NCBI GenBank assembly: GCA_963806855.1 | Contig: CAWDYW010000001.1 | Span: 1,344,001-1,408,000 of the forward strand | Direction: 5' to 3' | DNA length: 64,000 nt | Source: an uncultured Verrucomicrobiae bacterium | Lineage (GTDB): Bacteria; Chlamydiota; Chlamydiia; Chlamydiales; Rhabdochlamydiaceae | Shown: in pieces, positions 49,647 through 59,700 of the stretch | Position numbering within the stretch: position 1 is the stretch's first letter | Layout: every line of letters begins with the position of its first letter | Position numbers and translations under genes: made by a program | The notes under the pieces: generated by a model | Databases searched by the model: none | Told to the model about the DNA's origin: nothing | Seen by the model: only the letters and a program-made list of their open reading frames with translations

Positions 49647-49686
49647 TTTTTTTTGCGTCTTTGCGTTTTTGCGTCTTTGCGTTAAA
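49647..49686. repeat. Family A repeat, right arm only (copy 5)
   Basis: ttttgcgtctttgcgtttttgcgtctttgcgttaaaa. Confidence 0.75.
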
Positions 49687-49703
49687 ATATATCTCGATCC
49701 GAT

Positions 49704-50366
49704 ATGAACGAACTTTATTTTCTTACCCAGGTTATTATTGTCCTTTTATTTTCTTATGGGGCGCTTCGGCTCGGCCAAGGGGCTTTAACTGCCGCTGTCA
49801 CCGTTCAAGCCCTCATCGCCAATCTATTCGTCCTAAAGCAGATGAATTTCCTGGGGTTTGAAGTGACCTGCAGCGACGCCTTTGCAGTCGGCAGCATCCT
49901 GAGCCTCAACCTCCTCCGCGAATATTTTGGCAAGCAGGCGGCGACCAAGGCGATCTCGATCTGCTTCTTCTTCATGATCTTCTTTGTCGCCGTCTCGCAA
50001 GTGCAGCTCCTGTTTGTGGCGGGCCCGCACGATACCGCTCAATTTGCCTATGCCAAGCTGCTCACCCCCGCCCCGAGGCTGCTCCTCGCCTCACTTGTAG
50101 CTTTCTTTATCGTCCAGCACTTCGACGTCCGCTGTTTCGGCTGGATCTCGAACCTTCTCCCCCGCTCGTCCTTCCCTTTGCGCAGCAGCCTTTCGCTGAC
50201 CATTTCGCAACTGATCGACACCATCCTCTTTAGCTTTTTAGGCCTCTACGGGATGGTCAATTCGATCGTCGACATCCTCCTGGTCAGCTTCCTGCTCAAG
50301 GTGTGTGTCATCTTCACTTTAGGCCCCCTGATGGCCCTGATGAGGAGGTGGATGCCACGTGTTTAA
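49704..50366 (+). CDS. yhhQ: Queuosine precursor transporter (YhhQ/VUT family)
   Basis: IANLFVLKQ, EYFGK, RLLLASLVAF..Q.FD, SQLIDTILF; adjacent to tgt. Confidence 0.85.
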   Translation: MNELYFLTQVIIVLLFSYGALRLGQGALTAAVTVQALIANLFVLKQMNFLGFEVTCSDAFAVGSILSLNLLREYFGKQAATKAISICFFFMIFFVAVSQVQLLFVAGPHDTAQFAYAKLLTPAPRLLLASLVAFFIVQHFDVRCFGWISNLLPRSSFPLRSSLSLTISQLIDTILFSFLGLYGMVNSIVDILLVSFLLKVCVIFTLGPLMALMRRWMPRV

Positions 50367-51491
50367 TGGGTTTAAATTTGAGATCCTCCATCAATCGAAA
50401 AAATCGGCAGCCCGCGTCGGGAAAATCCACACACCCCACGGCGTGATCGACACTCCCAACTTCGTCGCTGTCGGGACCAATGGGACAATCAAATCGCTCG
50501 ATAGCGCCACCGTCAGTGAAATTGGCCTACAGCTGATGTTCTGCAACACCTACCACTTGCTACTGCAGCCTGGGACCAAGATCGTCAAAGAGGCGGGCGG
50601 GTTGCACCAGTTCATCAATCGTAAAATGCCGATCATCACCGATTCGGGCGGCTTTCAGGTCTTTAGCCTTAGCCTACGGATCGGTTGCCAATGAACTGAA
50701 GAGCCGCGGGACGAAAAACAGCGGAGAACTGGTGCTCAAAATCAACGAGGAAGGGGTTTTATTTCGCTCCTATCGGGATGGCTCGAAATATCTCCTCACA
50801 CCCGAGAGCTCAGTCCAAGCGCAAAAAGATCTCGGCGCCGACATCATCATCCCCTTCGACGAATTGCCCCCCTATCATATCGAAAAAGAGGCGCTCCAGC
50901 TCTCGATTGCCCGCACACACCGCTGGGAAGAGCGCTCTCTTGCCGCCCACCTCAATGATCGCAATAACCAGGCCATGTATGCGGTGATCCACGGAGGGAT
51001 TAACCTCGATCTGCGGCGCCAAAGCTGCGAACACTTAACAAAACTCGATTTTGATGGATATGCCATCGGAGGCAGCATGGGGAAGACGAAGGAGGAGATG
51101 TATGCGATCCTCTCCCACACCTTGCCGCTGCTGCCAAGAAAAGCCTAACCACTTGCTTGGAATCGGCGACCTTGGATCGATCGACAAGGGAATTGCCCTC
51201 GGGATCGACACCTTTGATAGCTCCTATCCGACAAAAGCAGCGCGCCACGGGGTCGCCCTCACCTGGCAGGGGCCGTTAAATCTGACCCGCGCCGAAAATG
51301 CAAGCACCTTCACGCCGATCGACAAAAATTGCACCTGTCCAACCTGTCGGCAATTCAACCTCGCCTACCTCCACCACCTCTTCAAAGCCAAGGAACTCAC
51401 CGCGCTGACACTCGCGACGATTCACAATCTCCACTTCATGGTCGAGTACATGGCCGCGATGCGCGAAAAGATTGCGAATGATCAAATTTAA
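50359..51491 (+). CDS. tgt: tRNA-guanine transglycosylase; two frameshifts near 50671 and 51135
   Basis: ARVGKIHTPHG, CNTYHL, TDSGGFQVFSL, LGADII, HLLGIG, DTFDS, CTCPTC, IHN. Confidence 0.92.
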
Positions 51492-54400
51492 AAGAAAACT
51501 ATACGAATTGAGACTTGAGGCTGATCTTTATTCTTTGGTTCCTCTTGAAAGTCTTTAATTATTCGATCTAATTCTTTGTCATATGAGCCATCTAAAGATA
51601 TTCTTAGCCCGCATCTTTTAAGACCAGCCAAACGATTTAGATAATCGCGCATACCCTCTCTTGCCTTACTTGCTCCATGGAGATAAATTTTGATTTGACA
51701 TTTTTTAAGATGGGGTCCTTGGAAAACTTGCAACATTTCTCTTTCTGAATCAGATGCCATCTCCATCATCGGTCTAAAGTCACTGCCTGGTGCGGGATCT
51801 ACAAGAGATTGTATGTCGCTTACATTTGGACAGTTGTCTTGATATTCAAGGGTTAATTCTTCCAGCTGGTGGTTGCTGCTAACAATATATTTTAAACAGT
51901 CTTTTTTCTTAGCATCAATTTCTAGGGTTTTACAATGAGTGAGGTTGGAGAAAAGGGACGCAACGGGATCGGCTGCCACATAACTACTCCAAAGACTAGC
52001 TAAAATACCTGCCTGTTCAGCTTCCTTTTCTAAAGCTTCAACATTTAAATTCAGCAGTACTCCTTTAGGGGGCAAATTTCTGAGAAATTCAAAAGCAGGA
52101 GCCTCTTCTAGGTACTGCATATCAACAAAAAGATAAGTACGTCTTATTGTAGTTGGAATTTTTAATCCTCGTAGCCCTTGCCAGGCCGATTTGTCTCTAG
52201 GGCATATTGTCAACCACTCTAGTCGCTTAAGAGCAGCTAATGGGAGAGACTCTAGAGATGAGACTTTGCTATTGAGATAAAGGGTTAGGTGATGAAGGTT
52301 AGGACAGGCCTGAGCAACTTGCATCCAAGGGTTTTCCACACCATCAGCATCCGTTTCAACATCAATATGAAGTCTACTGCAATCGGCGCCGACGGCCTTC
52401 AATAGCCTCAAAGGTCTGGGTTGAAATGAGGAGAGGCGTACCTGGCTAGAGTATCTGTTTTGTTCGAATTTAACCATTTTCTTGCCGCAATACCTTGACG
52501 AGCACTTGTTGAAAAATGAATCACAACCGACTGAAAGAGCCCATGAGGCTGCAGTAAGTAAAGTCTCTTCAGGAAATAAAGGTGCCAGAGAACGGAGCTC
52601 TGCGGCACGTGTCTTCATCGGCTCATGTTCATCATTAAAAATGCCTTTTTGTAATTGCTGCAGCGCAAGAAAATGTGCTGCCGGAAGAGACCTTGCCTCC
52701 TCCTCAGATATGAGTGGAGCTTTATTCTTGCTCAAGACTTTTTCTAAGAGTTCTATAGCCCAAGCTGCACTATCAATAGGGATCGTTTCAAACTCACTTC
52801 CCATTTTTCCGTCTGTTAATATTTGACGACAACTTTCCATTTTCAGCAGTAAATGAAGAGGCAGTTGAAGAATAGTAGCGCCATACTCAACCCCCACTCT
52901 CAGAGTGCTTATAGAATGTGCTTTCTCTGGGAAAAATACGCGGCAATCTTCTAGAGATTTCTTGAGCAGTTCAACATTTACGGTTTTTTCCTTTATGCGC
53001 TCACTTATCATCATAGAGAGGGTTTTGAGTAGGTCCGGACATTCTTCTAGCGGAATATCCTGTTGTAATAAGAAATGTAGAAAATGGGGCAGAGCCTTAG
53101 CAGATAATCCGAGTACCTCTTTGCCAGTTTGGTCTGATGCCATCCGCTCAAAAGCAGCAGCCTCTTCTTTAAGAGAGGTTGAACTTTCACCTTTTGTATA
53201 GTCCCGCGCATACTTCCAAAATTGGTTACCGAAATACTCGCTGTTGAGTTGTTTAAGAAGATGAGTCGATACAGAGTCGCTACACCTATTTAAAAGGAAA
53301 ACAACATCAAAAGGGCTCCACCCTTTCAATTCATCATGCCACGATTTTTCCAGCCGCTCAAGACCGACAAGCTTTTCTTCTAGCTCCTCTTTCTCTTTTG
53401 TAAGCCCTAGCTCACAGCAGCAACAGACTCCGCAAAGAAGCATGAGACCTGGCTGGGATTCCTCGTTTACTCGTAGTTCAACTTTAGATAAGCGATCATT
53501 ATCCTTTAGGATTTTTAATACTCTTAGGCCTGATTGAAGACTTGCAAAAGGAGGTAGCTCTTTCATAGAAATTGCAACGGAGTACTGCTGTCCTTCTTTT
53601 TTAATAGAGAAAATCGGGTTCTTTTTTAGCCAGAAGATGACGTGGTCTTCAAGTTCCTGGCACGAAGTGCTACATACGATCTCAGCGAGTGCAGCGATGG
53701 TCCCTGGAGTGTCATCACAGTTCTTAATGATGGCATAGGCAATTTCATCCTTTGTCTTATCAAAATCTCTTGCCCCAAAGTAATCAGCACCCTGCAGTAT
53801 CCCGATCAATAGATCAAGAGAAAGGGAGCCGATCTCTATTTCTCTGCCTTTGATCCAAAGATCATAAAGAAGAAAAAACGTCTTGGCTATATGACCTTCT
53901 AAAATGACTTTCTCCGTGTTCATACCAGACATCAAGAGGGTTCGAATATAGTCACTTTCAGCAAAAAGAGGCCATATAGAAACTGGAAAGCACCCAATAC
54001 CTTGCAATTCTACCTGTATACTGTCCTGTTTCATACGCTGGTTCAGCTCAAACGACTCCTCCGCAAATTTGACAAGGTCTTTACAGTGGCTGGCCTCGAG
54101 CTCTCCACTCTTCAATCGATCTAGCAATAAACCAAACAGCTCAACGTGAAGAGGGCTAGCCGTCTTACCTTCATTATGAACAAATAAAAAGAAGCGGTAG
54201 AGTGTCTGCAACGATAGATTTGCTTTTTCTGCTGCAAACGACCCTGCGATCATTCTGTTAAAGCGATCAAATTCTGCTGCAACCTGTTCACTTGAAAAGG
54301 ATTCAGGAAGGGTGTCGCGAAATCTCCTAGGCTGAGCTGCCAGCTGTTGAGAAAAGAGGGGCTCCTTGTTAGCTGGCCAAATAGTTGCCAGTTGATAGAG

Positions 54401-54943
54401 TGTTCTTATGTTCAGGATAGGCTGTGATGTCTCGATTCGACTGAAAAGGAGCTCTTTATAGATCTTTTCCAACTCTGGGATATTGAGAAGAGTAATTACT
54501 CGATGGAGTTCAACAAAATTTTCTATGGAGATACAAACATTTTTTATTCTACGTAAATTAAGTAGTTCGCGAAATGCATCATCGTTTAAAGAATCAACAA
54601 GCGCTGATTCTGTAGGAAAAGATTCAGGACAATAAAGCACATGCCATAACTTTGGAGAATTAAATAGAATCTCTGCAGATGAAACTCCATATCCCCGAAA
54701 TCTGGTGTCCTTAGCGCTATATCGGAATCCCCTCTGAGATAAAATAGATATAACTCGTGTCCTGAGCTCTTCGGGGAGCTCTCCTCTTTTAGCGAGTTCT
54801 TTTAAAGATCTTTTGCTCTCTTTAAAGACCATGTAACTTACAGGGTCGGACAGATCCCTTTTTTGATGGGTAGCAAGGCGTTCGACCAATTCGATGGGAG
54901 ATGGTGAGGCCGGCTTTTGAAGAGGATCCAAAGAAACGCTCAT
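51488..54943 (-). CDS. Large effector-like protein with BTB/POZ-like and LRR-like regions
   Basis: FPVS...AESDYIRTLLMSGM...ILQGADYFG (BTB-like); CPNLHHLTL, LKRLEWLTI, LEELTL (LRR-like). Confidence 0.55.
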   Translation of the reverse strand: MSVSLDPLQKPASPSPIELVERLATHQKRDLSDPVSYMVFKESKRSLKELAKRGELPEELRTRVISILSQRGFRYSAKDTRFRGYGVSSAEILFNSPKLWHVLYCPESFPTESALVDSLNDDAFRELLNLRRIKNVCISIENFVELHRVITLLNIPELEKIYKELLFSRIETSQPILNIRTLYQLATIWPANKEPLFSQQLAAQPRRFRDTLPESFSSEQVAAEFDRFNRMIAGSFAAEKANLSLQTLYRFFLFVHNEGKTASPLHVELFGLLLDRLKSGELEASHCKDLVKFAEESFELNQRMKQDSIQVELQGIGCFPVSIWPLFAESDYIRTLLMSGMNTEKVILEGHIAKTFFLLYDLWIKGREIEIGSLSLDLLIGILQGADYFGARDFDKTKDEIAYAIIKNCDDTPGTIAALAEIVCSTSCQELEDHVIFWLKKNPIFSIKKEGQQYSVAISMKELPPFASLQSGLRVLKILKDNDRLSKVELRVNEESQPGLMLLCGVCCCCELGLTKEKEELEEKLVGLERLEKSWHDELKGWSPFDVVFLLNRCSDSVSTHLLKQLNSEYFGNQFWKYARDYTKGESSTSLKEEAAAFERMASDQTGKEVLGLSAKALPHFLHFLLQQDIPLEECPDLLKTLSMMISERIKEKTVNVELLKKSLEDCRVFFPEKAHSISTLRVGVEYGATILQLPLHLLLKMESCRQILTDGKMGSEFETIPIDSAAWAIELLEKVLSKNKAPLISEEEARSLPAAHFLALQQLQKGIFNDEHEPMKTRAAELRSLAPLFPEETLLTAASWALSVGCDSFFNKCSSRYCGKKMVKFEQNRYSSQVRLSSFQPRPLRLLKAVGADCSRLHIDVETDADGVENPWMQVAQACPNLHHLTLYLNSKVSSLESLPLAALKRLEWLTICPRDKSAWQGLRGLKIPTTIRRTYLFVDMQYLEEAPAFEFLRNLPPKGVLLNLNVEALEKEAEQAGILASLWSSYVAADPVASLFSNLTHCKTLEIDAKKKDCLKYIVSSNHQLEELTLEYQDNCPNVSDIQSLVDPAPGSDFRPMMEMASDSEREMLQVFQGPHLKKCQIKIYLHGASKAREGMRDYLNRLAGLKRCGLRISLDGSYDKELDRIIKDFQEEPKNKDQPQVSIRIVFF

Positions 54944-55090
54944 AAAAACCTCGTTTTAATTTGTTAAATTTTAATGAGAGGCCTGCTTTTATTTCAATTT
55001 AATAAAATTTTTATGCCAGAAAAACTTTGTCGCTCTCATCAAAAAAAATTCTATCTAGAAATAGCATTCTGCAATTATACGTAAGTTTGT

Positions 55091-56017
55091 ATGACGCGGA
55101 AATATTTTTTGCCAGGTATTGCAATATTAGGTGCGATCATTGCTCTGATTATTTCATTTTGGAGTATGAAAAAAGAGCCGGTTCCTGCTATTCCATTTCC
55201 TCCACCGAAATCTCCTTATGTTTATGCCATTGCCGGAGAAGGGATCATCGAATCTTCTTCCAATAACATTGCGGTTGGCTCTCCTTTTAACGAAATCATC
55301 ACCAAAATTTTCGTCGTCGAAGGGAACCATGTGAAGAAAGGGGATCCCCTATTTCAGCTCGATACGCGCTATTATGAGGCACAGGCCGAGACAGCTCGCA
55401 GCCAAATTAGCGCAGCTCAGGTAAATCTAGAGAATTTGAAGAAGCAATTTAGCTTTTATCAAAGGCTAAACGATAAAAGAGCAGTCAGCGAGCAGCAATA
55501 TGACCAAACCTATTATGCCTTTAAAGAGGGAGAAGAGCAGCTCAAGGTCGCCATTTCGCAGCTGGGCGAGGTAGAAGCCAATATTGAAAGATCGCTTATC
55601 CGCGCACCGATCGATGGAGAGATTTTACAGGTCAATATTCATTTGGGAGAGGTGGCCCCCAATATCAACGTGGTGAATCCGCAGACGATCACTCCCTATT
55701 CGGCGACTCAATACCCTTTGATCATGATGGGTGATGTGCAACCGCTGCACTTAAGGATCGATATCGATGAGGTCGATGCCTGGCGATACAAAGAGGGGGC
55801 TCCCGGTGTCGCCTTTGTCCGAGGCAATAGCAATATTCAATTTCCACTGAAATTTGTCCGTGTTGAACCTTATATCATCCCTAAGGCCTCTTTCACTGGC
55901 CAGGTAGGAGAGAGAATTGATATGCGCGTTTTGCAACTGATCTATCAATTTGACAAAGGGAAACTACCGGTCTACACAGGTCAAGTGGTCGATGTGTATA
56001 TTAAGGCTGGAGCATAA
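55091..56017 (+). CDS. Efflux periplasmic adaptor (HlyD/MFP)
   Basis: VVEGNHVKKGDPLFQLD, IRAPIDGEIL. Confidence 0.9.
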   Translation: MTRKYFLPGIAILGAIIALIISFWSMKKEPVPAIPFPPPKSPYVYAIAGEGIIESSSNNIAVGSPFNEIITKIFVVEGNHVKKGDPLFQLDTRYYEAQAETARSQISAAQVNLENLKKQFSFYQRLNDKRAVSEQQYDQTYYAFKEGEEQLKVAISQLGEVEANIERSLIRAPIDGEILQVNIHLGEVAPNINVVNPQTITPYSATQYPLIMMGDVQPLHLRIDIDEVDAWRYKEGAPGVAFVRGNSNIQFPLKFVRVEPYIIPKASFTGQVGERIDMRVLQLIYQFDKGKLPVYTGQVVDVYIKAGA

Positions 56018-56020
56018 TCG

Positions 56021-57487
56021 GTGAAAAAGATCGCCCTATTACTCCTATTGGCTGGATGCATGGTGGGCCCAGACTACAATGTGCCCCAGACCTGCGTTCC
56101 GGTCACATTTGTCGAGTCTTCGAGTGACAGTAGCTCTTCCGATGATCTTTGCCACTGGTGGGAGCAACTCGATGACCCCCATCTCAATTGTCTTTTGAAC
56201 GAGGCCGTCCAAGGCAACTTTGATTTTGGCATTGCCCTTGAAAAAATCGTTCAGGCGCGTGCCCAATTTCGTGTGGAAGCCTCCTACCTTTGGCCCGAGA
56301 TCGATCTCAATGCCACCGCAACAAGAACTCGGAATAGCCAGAATTTTTTTAGTTCTGCATCATCAACAGCATCCACCTCAACCACTGGAGCGACGAGCAG
56401 CCTTCCTCTTTATCAAAATTTTTTCCTCCTCGGCTTTGATGCGATTTGGGAATTGGATTTTTGGGGAAAATTTAGGCGGGCGAAACGGGCTGCTTACGAC
56501 CAGTGGCAGGCCTCCTTTGAAGATGCCCAGAATGTGTTGATCATGATTTTAAGCGAAGTGGCGATGAATTATGTGAGCATTCGGTCTTTGCAACAAAAAG
56601 TCGATTTGACCAGGAGAAAAATTGGGGCCGATGAGCGGGAAATTGCCCTCACTCAAGATCTTTTTCAATCGGGAATCGACAGCGAAATTCAATTAGACAC
56701 CTTGATCGCCACAGTAGAAAGCGACAGAGCGACGCTCCCCGTTTTAGAAGCTTCTCTTAAGCAGACCATCTATGCGCTGGCTGTTCTATTAGGAAGACAG
56801 CCCGAGTGTCTCGTTCAGGAATTTGAAGAGATAAAGCCAATCCCTAAAGGCAATGACAGAATCCCCATCGGCCTCCCTTCGGATCTGCTTCGGCGCCGAC
56901 ATGACATTAAGGAGGCGGAGCGCATGCTCGCCGCTGCCACTGAGCAGATCGGGGTCGCTGTGGCCGATCTCTTTCCCCATATCTCCTTAACAGGGACGAC
57001 AGTTGCCGGAGGTTCTCTCATTGGATCGGGGATTGGCTGGGAAAGCAATAAACTGAGCAATCTGTTTAACCCCTTGAGCAAAACATGGAGCATCGGACCC
57101 AATATCCGGTGGGATTTAATTGACTTTGGCAGGACGAGGGGGAATATCGCCATTCAGAATTCGCTGCAGAGACAAGCTTTTTTAAGTTATGAGAAGACAG
57201 TGATCACAGCTCTGCAAGATGTGGAAGGGGCGCTCGCTGCTTATTTCCAAGAACAGAAGCGGAACGTTTTTTTAAAGGATCAAGCAAGTGCCGACCGGAG
57301 AGTGTTCGAGCTGACAGAAGATCTCTTTCAGTCGGGACTGGCCAGTGAAATCCAGCTGATAGAATCTTTGAGAACCTGGATCAATTCGGAAAATTCATTT
57401 CTCGATAGCGAGCAATCACTCACAAGTGATCTCATCGCTGTCTATAAAGCACTAGGGGGAAATTGGGAATGCTCCTATACGCTATAA
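56021..57487 (+). CDS. NodT/OprM-type outer membrane efflux lipoprotein
   Basis: Lipobox LAGC-MVGPDY, WELDFWG, GLPSDLLRRRHDI, YKALGG. Confidence 0.93.
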   Translation: MKKIALLLLLAGCMVGPDYNVPQTCVPVTFVESSSDSSSSDDLCHWWEQLDDPHLNCLLNEAVQGNFDFGIALEKIVQARAQFRVEASYLWPEIDLNATATRTRNSQNFFSSASSTASTSTTGATSSLPLYQNFFLLGFDAIWELDFWGKFRRAKRAAYDQWQASFEDAQNVLIMILSEVAMNYVSIRSLQQKVDLTRRKIGADEREIALTQDLFQSGIDSEIQLDTLIATVESDRATLPVLEASLKQTIYALAVLLGRQPECLVQEFEEIKPIPKGNDRIPIGLPSDLLRRRHDIKEAERMLAAATEQIGVAVADLFPHISLTGTTVAGGSLIGSGIGWESNKLSNLFNPLSKTWSIGPNIRWDLIDFGRTRGNIAIQNSLQRQAFLSYEKTVITALQDVEGALAAYFQEQKRNVFLKDQASADRRVFELTEDLFQSGLASEIQLIESLRTWINSENSFLDSEQSLTSDLIAVYKALGGNWECSYTL

Positions 57488-58608
57488 AGATGTTAGTTGG
57501 CGACCGGGCCAAATACATCGGGATTATCATCGGCCTGAGCTTTGCCGCCTTCATCATCTCTCAGCAGGGGGCGATTTTTCTTGGCATATTAAAGCGGACC
57601 TCTGGCTTTGTGACTGATACCTCGCAGCCCAATGTGTGGGTCACCGATCCTTCTATCCAGTACATCGATGACATCAAAGGGTTCAAAGAAACGGCTCTTT
57701 ATCGGGTCCGAGGGGTCGAGGGAGTCAAGTGGGCTGTTCCGATGTTTAAAGGGTCAATTCCAGCGCGCCTACGGAATGGGATCTACCAAACCTGCATCTT
57801 TATTGGGATCGACGATGCAACCCTCATTGGAGGTCCACCCAAAATGGTGGAAGGAAAGATCGAGGATCTGCGGATCCCCGACGCGGTGATTGTCAATCGA
57901 GTGGGAGCGACAACGAAACTCGCCTTTAATGGGGTTCCCCTTCGCCTAGGAGATGACATGGAACTCAACGACAACCGAGCCTATGTGGCAGGCATTTGCG
58001 AAACTTCCCGCACCTTTCAATCACAACCCGTCGTTTACACCACCTTTGACCGGGCCCTCACCTTTGCCCCGCGGGAGCGCGATCTTCTCTCCTTTGTCTT
58101 GGTCAAATCTAAACCAGGCGTCGATCCAGATGTCCTTGCCAAAAGAATTCAAGCCGATACCGGACTTGCCGCCTTCACTACTTCAGGATTTCGAAAGCTG
58201 ACCCTTTGGTACTACTTTAAATACACCGGGATCTTCATCAACTTTGGAGTCGCCATCATCCTTGGATTCATCATTGGAATCGCCATTGCCGGCCAAACCT
58301 TTTACAATTTCACCATCGACAATCTCCCCTATTTCGGAGTCTATAAAGCGATGGGAGCCGACAATCGGCTATTAGAACGGATGATCATCATCCAGGCACT
58401 CATGGTGAGCGCGATCGGTTGGGGGATCGGCATCGGCGCTGCGGCAATATTTGGCTATGCTTTCCGCAACACCGAACTCTCCTTTAATATGCCCTTTTAT
58501 CTTTACATCCTCAGCGGTCTTGCGATGCTGACGATCTGTCTCCTTGCCGCTTTGGTGAGCATTCGAAAAGTGAGACGCCTTGATCCAGCCATTGTATTTA
58601 AGAGTTGA
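57469..58608 (+). CDS. ABC permease (MacB/DevC/FtsX-like)
   Basis: N-terminal TM, periplasmic domain, FGVYKAMGA, LDPAIVFK. Confidence 0.88.
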   Translation: MLLYAIKMLVGDRAKYIGIIIGLSFAAFIISQQGAIFLGILKRTSGFVTDTSQPNVWVTDPSIQYIDDIKGFKETALYRVRGVEGVKWAVPMFKGSIPARLRNGIYQTCIFIGIDDATLIGGPPKMVEGKIEDLRIPDAVIVNRVGATTKLAFNGVPLRLGDDMELNDNRAYVAGICETSRTFQSQPVVYTTFDRALTFAPRERDLLSFVLVKSKPGVDPDVLAKRIQADTGLAAFTTSGFRKLTLWYYFKYTGIFINFGVAIILGFIIGIAIAGQTFYNFTIDNLPYFGVYKAMGADNRLLERMIIIQALMVSAIGWGIGIGAAAIFGYAFRNTELSFNMPFYLYILSGLAMLTICLLAALVSIRKVRRLDPAIVFKS

Positions 58609-58947
58609 ACTCGACTTTGTACAATTTTTAGCGAGCAGATCTAGTGCTCTGTAAACTTAATTTTTGCACTTTGGGCTGACGTGAAAAACCCCGGGGTTGC
58701 GATGCTGCCAAGGGGGGTTGTATTGGCGACGGAATACTACCCCCCTTGGCAGCATCGCAACCGCGGGAGTTTTCACGTCAGCCCAAAGTGCAAAAATTTA
58801 GTTTACAGAGCACTAGAGGAAGCGCTCGGCAAATTATTTATTTCTTCGCGAAATTCATAGCCGAAGGTACTATAAATGAGCGAAGAAATAAATAATTTGC
58901 CAGCGATTCTCTCGGAGATGCTGCTAAAAATTGTACAAAGTCGAGTT
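58608..58947. mobile_element. Outer palindromic MITE-like element interrupted by a second element
   Basis: Terminal IR aactcgactttgtacaatttttagc / gctaaaaattgtacaaagtcgagtt; internal IR ggcaaattatttatttcttcgc / gcgaagaaataaataatttgcc. Confidence 0.8.
58645..58812. mobile_element. Inner palindromic MITE flanked by CTAG
   Basis: CTAG|tgctctgtaaact...agtttacagagca|CTAG with about 80-bp near-perfect arms. Confidence 0.85.
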
Positions 58948-58952
58948 GACCT

Positions 58953-59642
58953 ATGCCAGATATAGCCGTCATTTGTAAGAACATTAAAAAAACCTATGGT
59001 GAAGGGGGTGCCAAAGTCGAGGCCCTGCGAGGTGTCGATCTCGAAGTCAAACAGGGCGAACTTCTCATCCTAATGGGCCCGTCTGGCTCCGGAAAGACCA
59101 CCCTCATTTCGATCATTGCAGGGATCCTCACACAGACCGAAGGGGAATGTTTAGTGTCTAATCTCAATCTAAATCGGATGGAAGATCGAAAGAAAACCGA
59201 ATATCGAGGAAAGCATATTGGATTTGTCTTTCAAATCTTCAACCTCATCCCGACGTTGACTTGCCAAGAAAACGTCTCTGTCCCCCTGCTGATCAATAAA
59301 GTCGACAAAGCCACCGCCCTCAAAAGAGCCGCTGATCTGCTTCAGCAAGTGGGAATCCCAGAGAAGCACGACGTCTATCCTCCGCAGCTCTCTGGCGGAC
59401 AGCAGCAGAGAGTTGCAATCGCCAGGGCAATGATCCACAACCCCGATCTAATCGTCTGCGATGAGCCGACCAGCTATCTTGACCACGAGACCGGCATGAA
59501 AGTGATGGAACTGCTCCGCTCGATCGTGACCGATAGGGGGAAAACACTCATCATCGTCTCCCACGATGTCCGGATCACAAAGTTTGCCGATCGGATCGTC
59601 CGTCTAGAAGATGGGAGAATTGTCAATCATAGCAGTAGTTGA
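58953..59642 (+). CDS. ABC ATP-binding subunit (LolD/MacB/DevA-like)
   Basis: GPSGSGKTT, LSGGQQQRVAIARA, CDEPT. Confidence 0.93.
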   Translation: MPDIAVICKNIKKTYGEGGAKVEALRGVDLEVKQGELLILMGPSGSGKTTLISIIAGILTQTEGECLVSNLNLNRMEDRKKTEYRGKHIGFVFQIFNLIPTLTCQENVSVPLLINKVDKATALKRAADLLQQVGIPEKHDVYPPQLSGGQQQRVAIARAMIHNPDLIVCDEPTSYLDHETGMKVMELLRSIVTDRGKTLIIVSHDVRITKFADRIVRLEDGRIVNHSSS

Positions 59643-59700
59643 TATATGGTAATCTCATCAGATAAATTACAATCCTTGGGCCTTTCACTTCGGTGGTTTA

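Noticed and set aside
783..49686. Family A repeats as a CRISPR array
   Set aside because: Dispersed inverted repeats with no regular unique spacers and no cas genes
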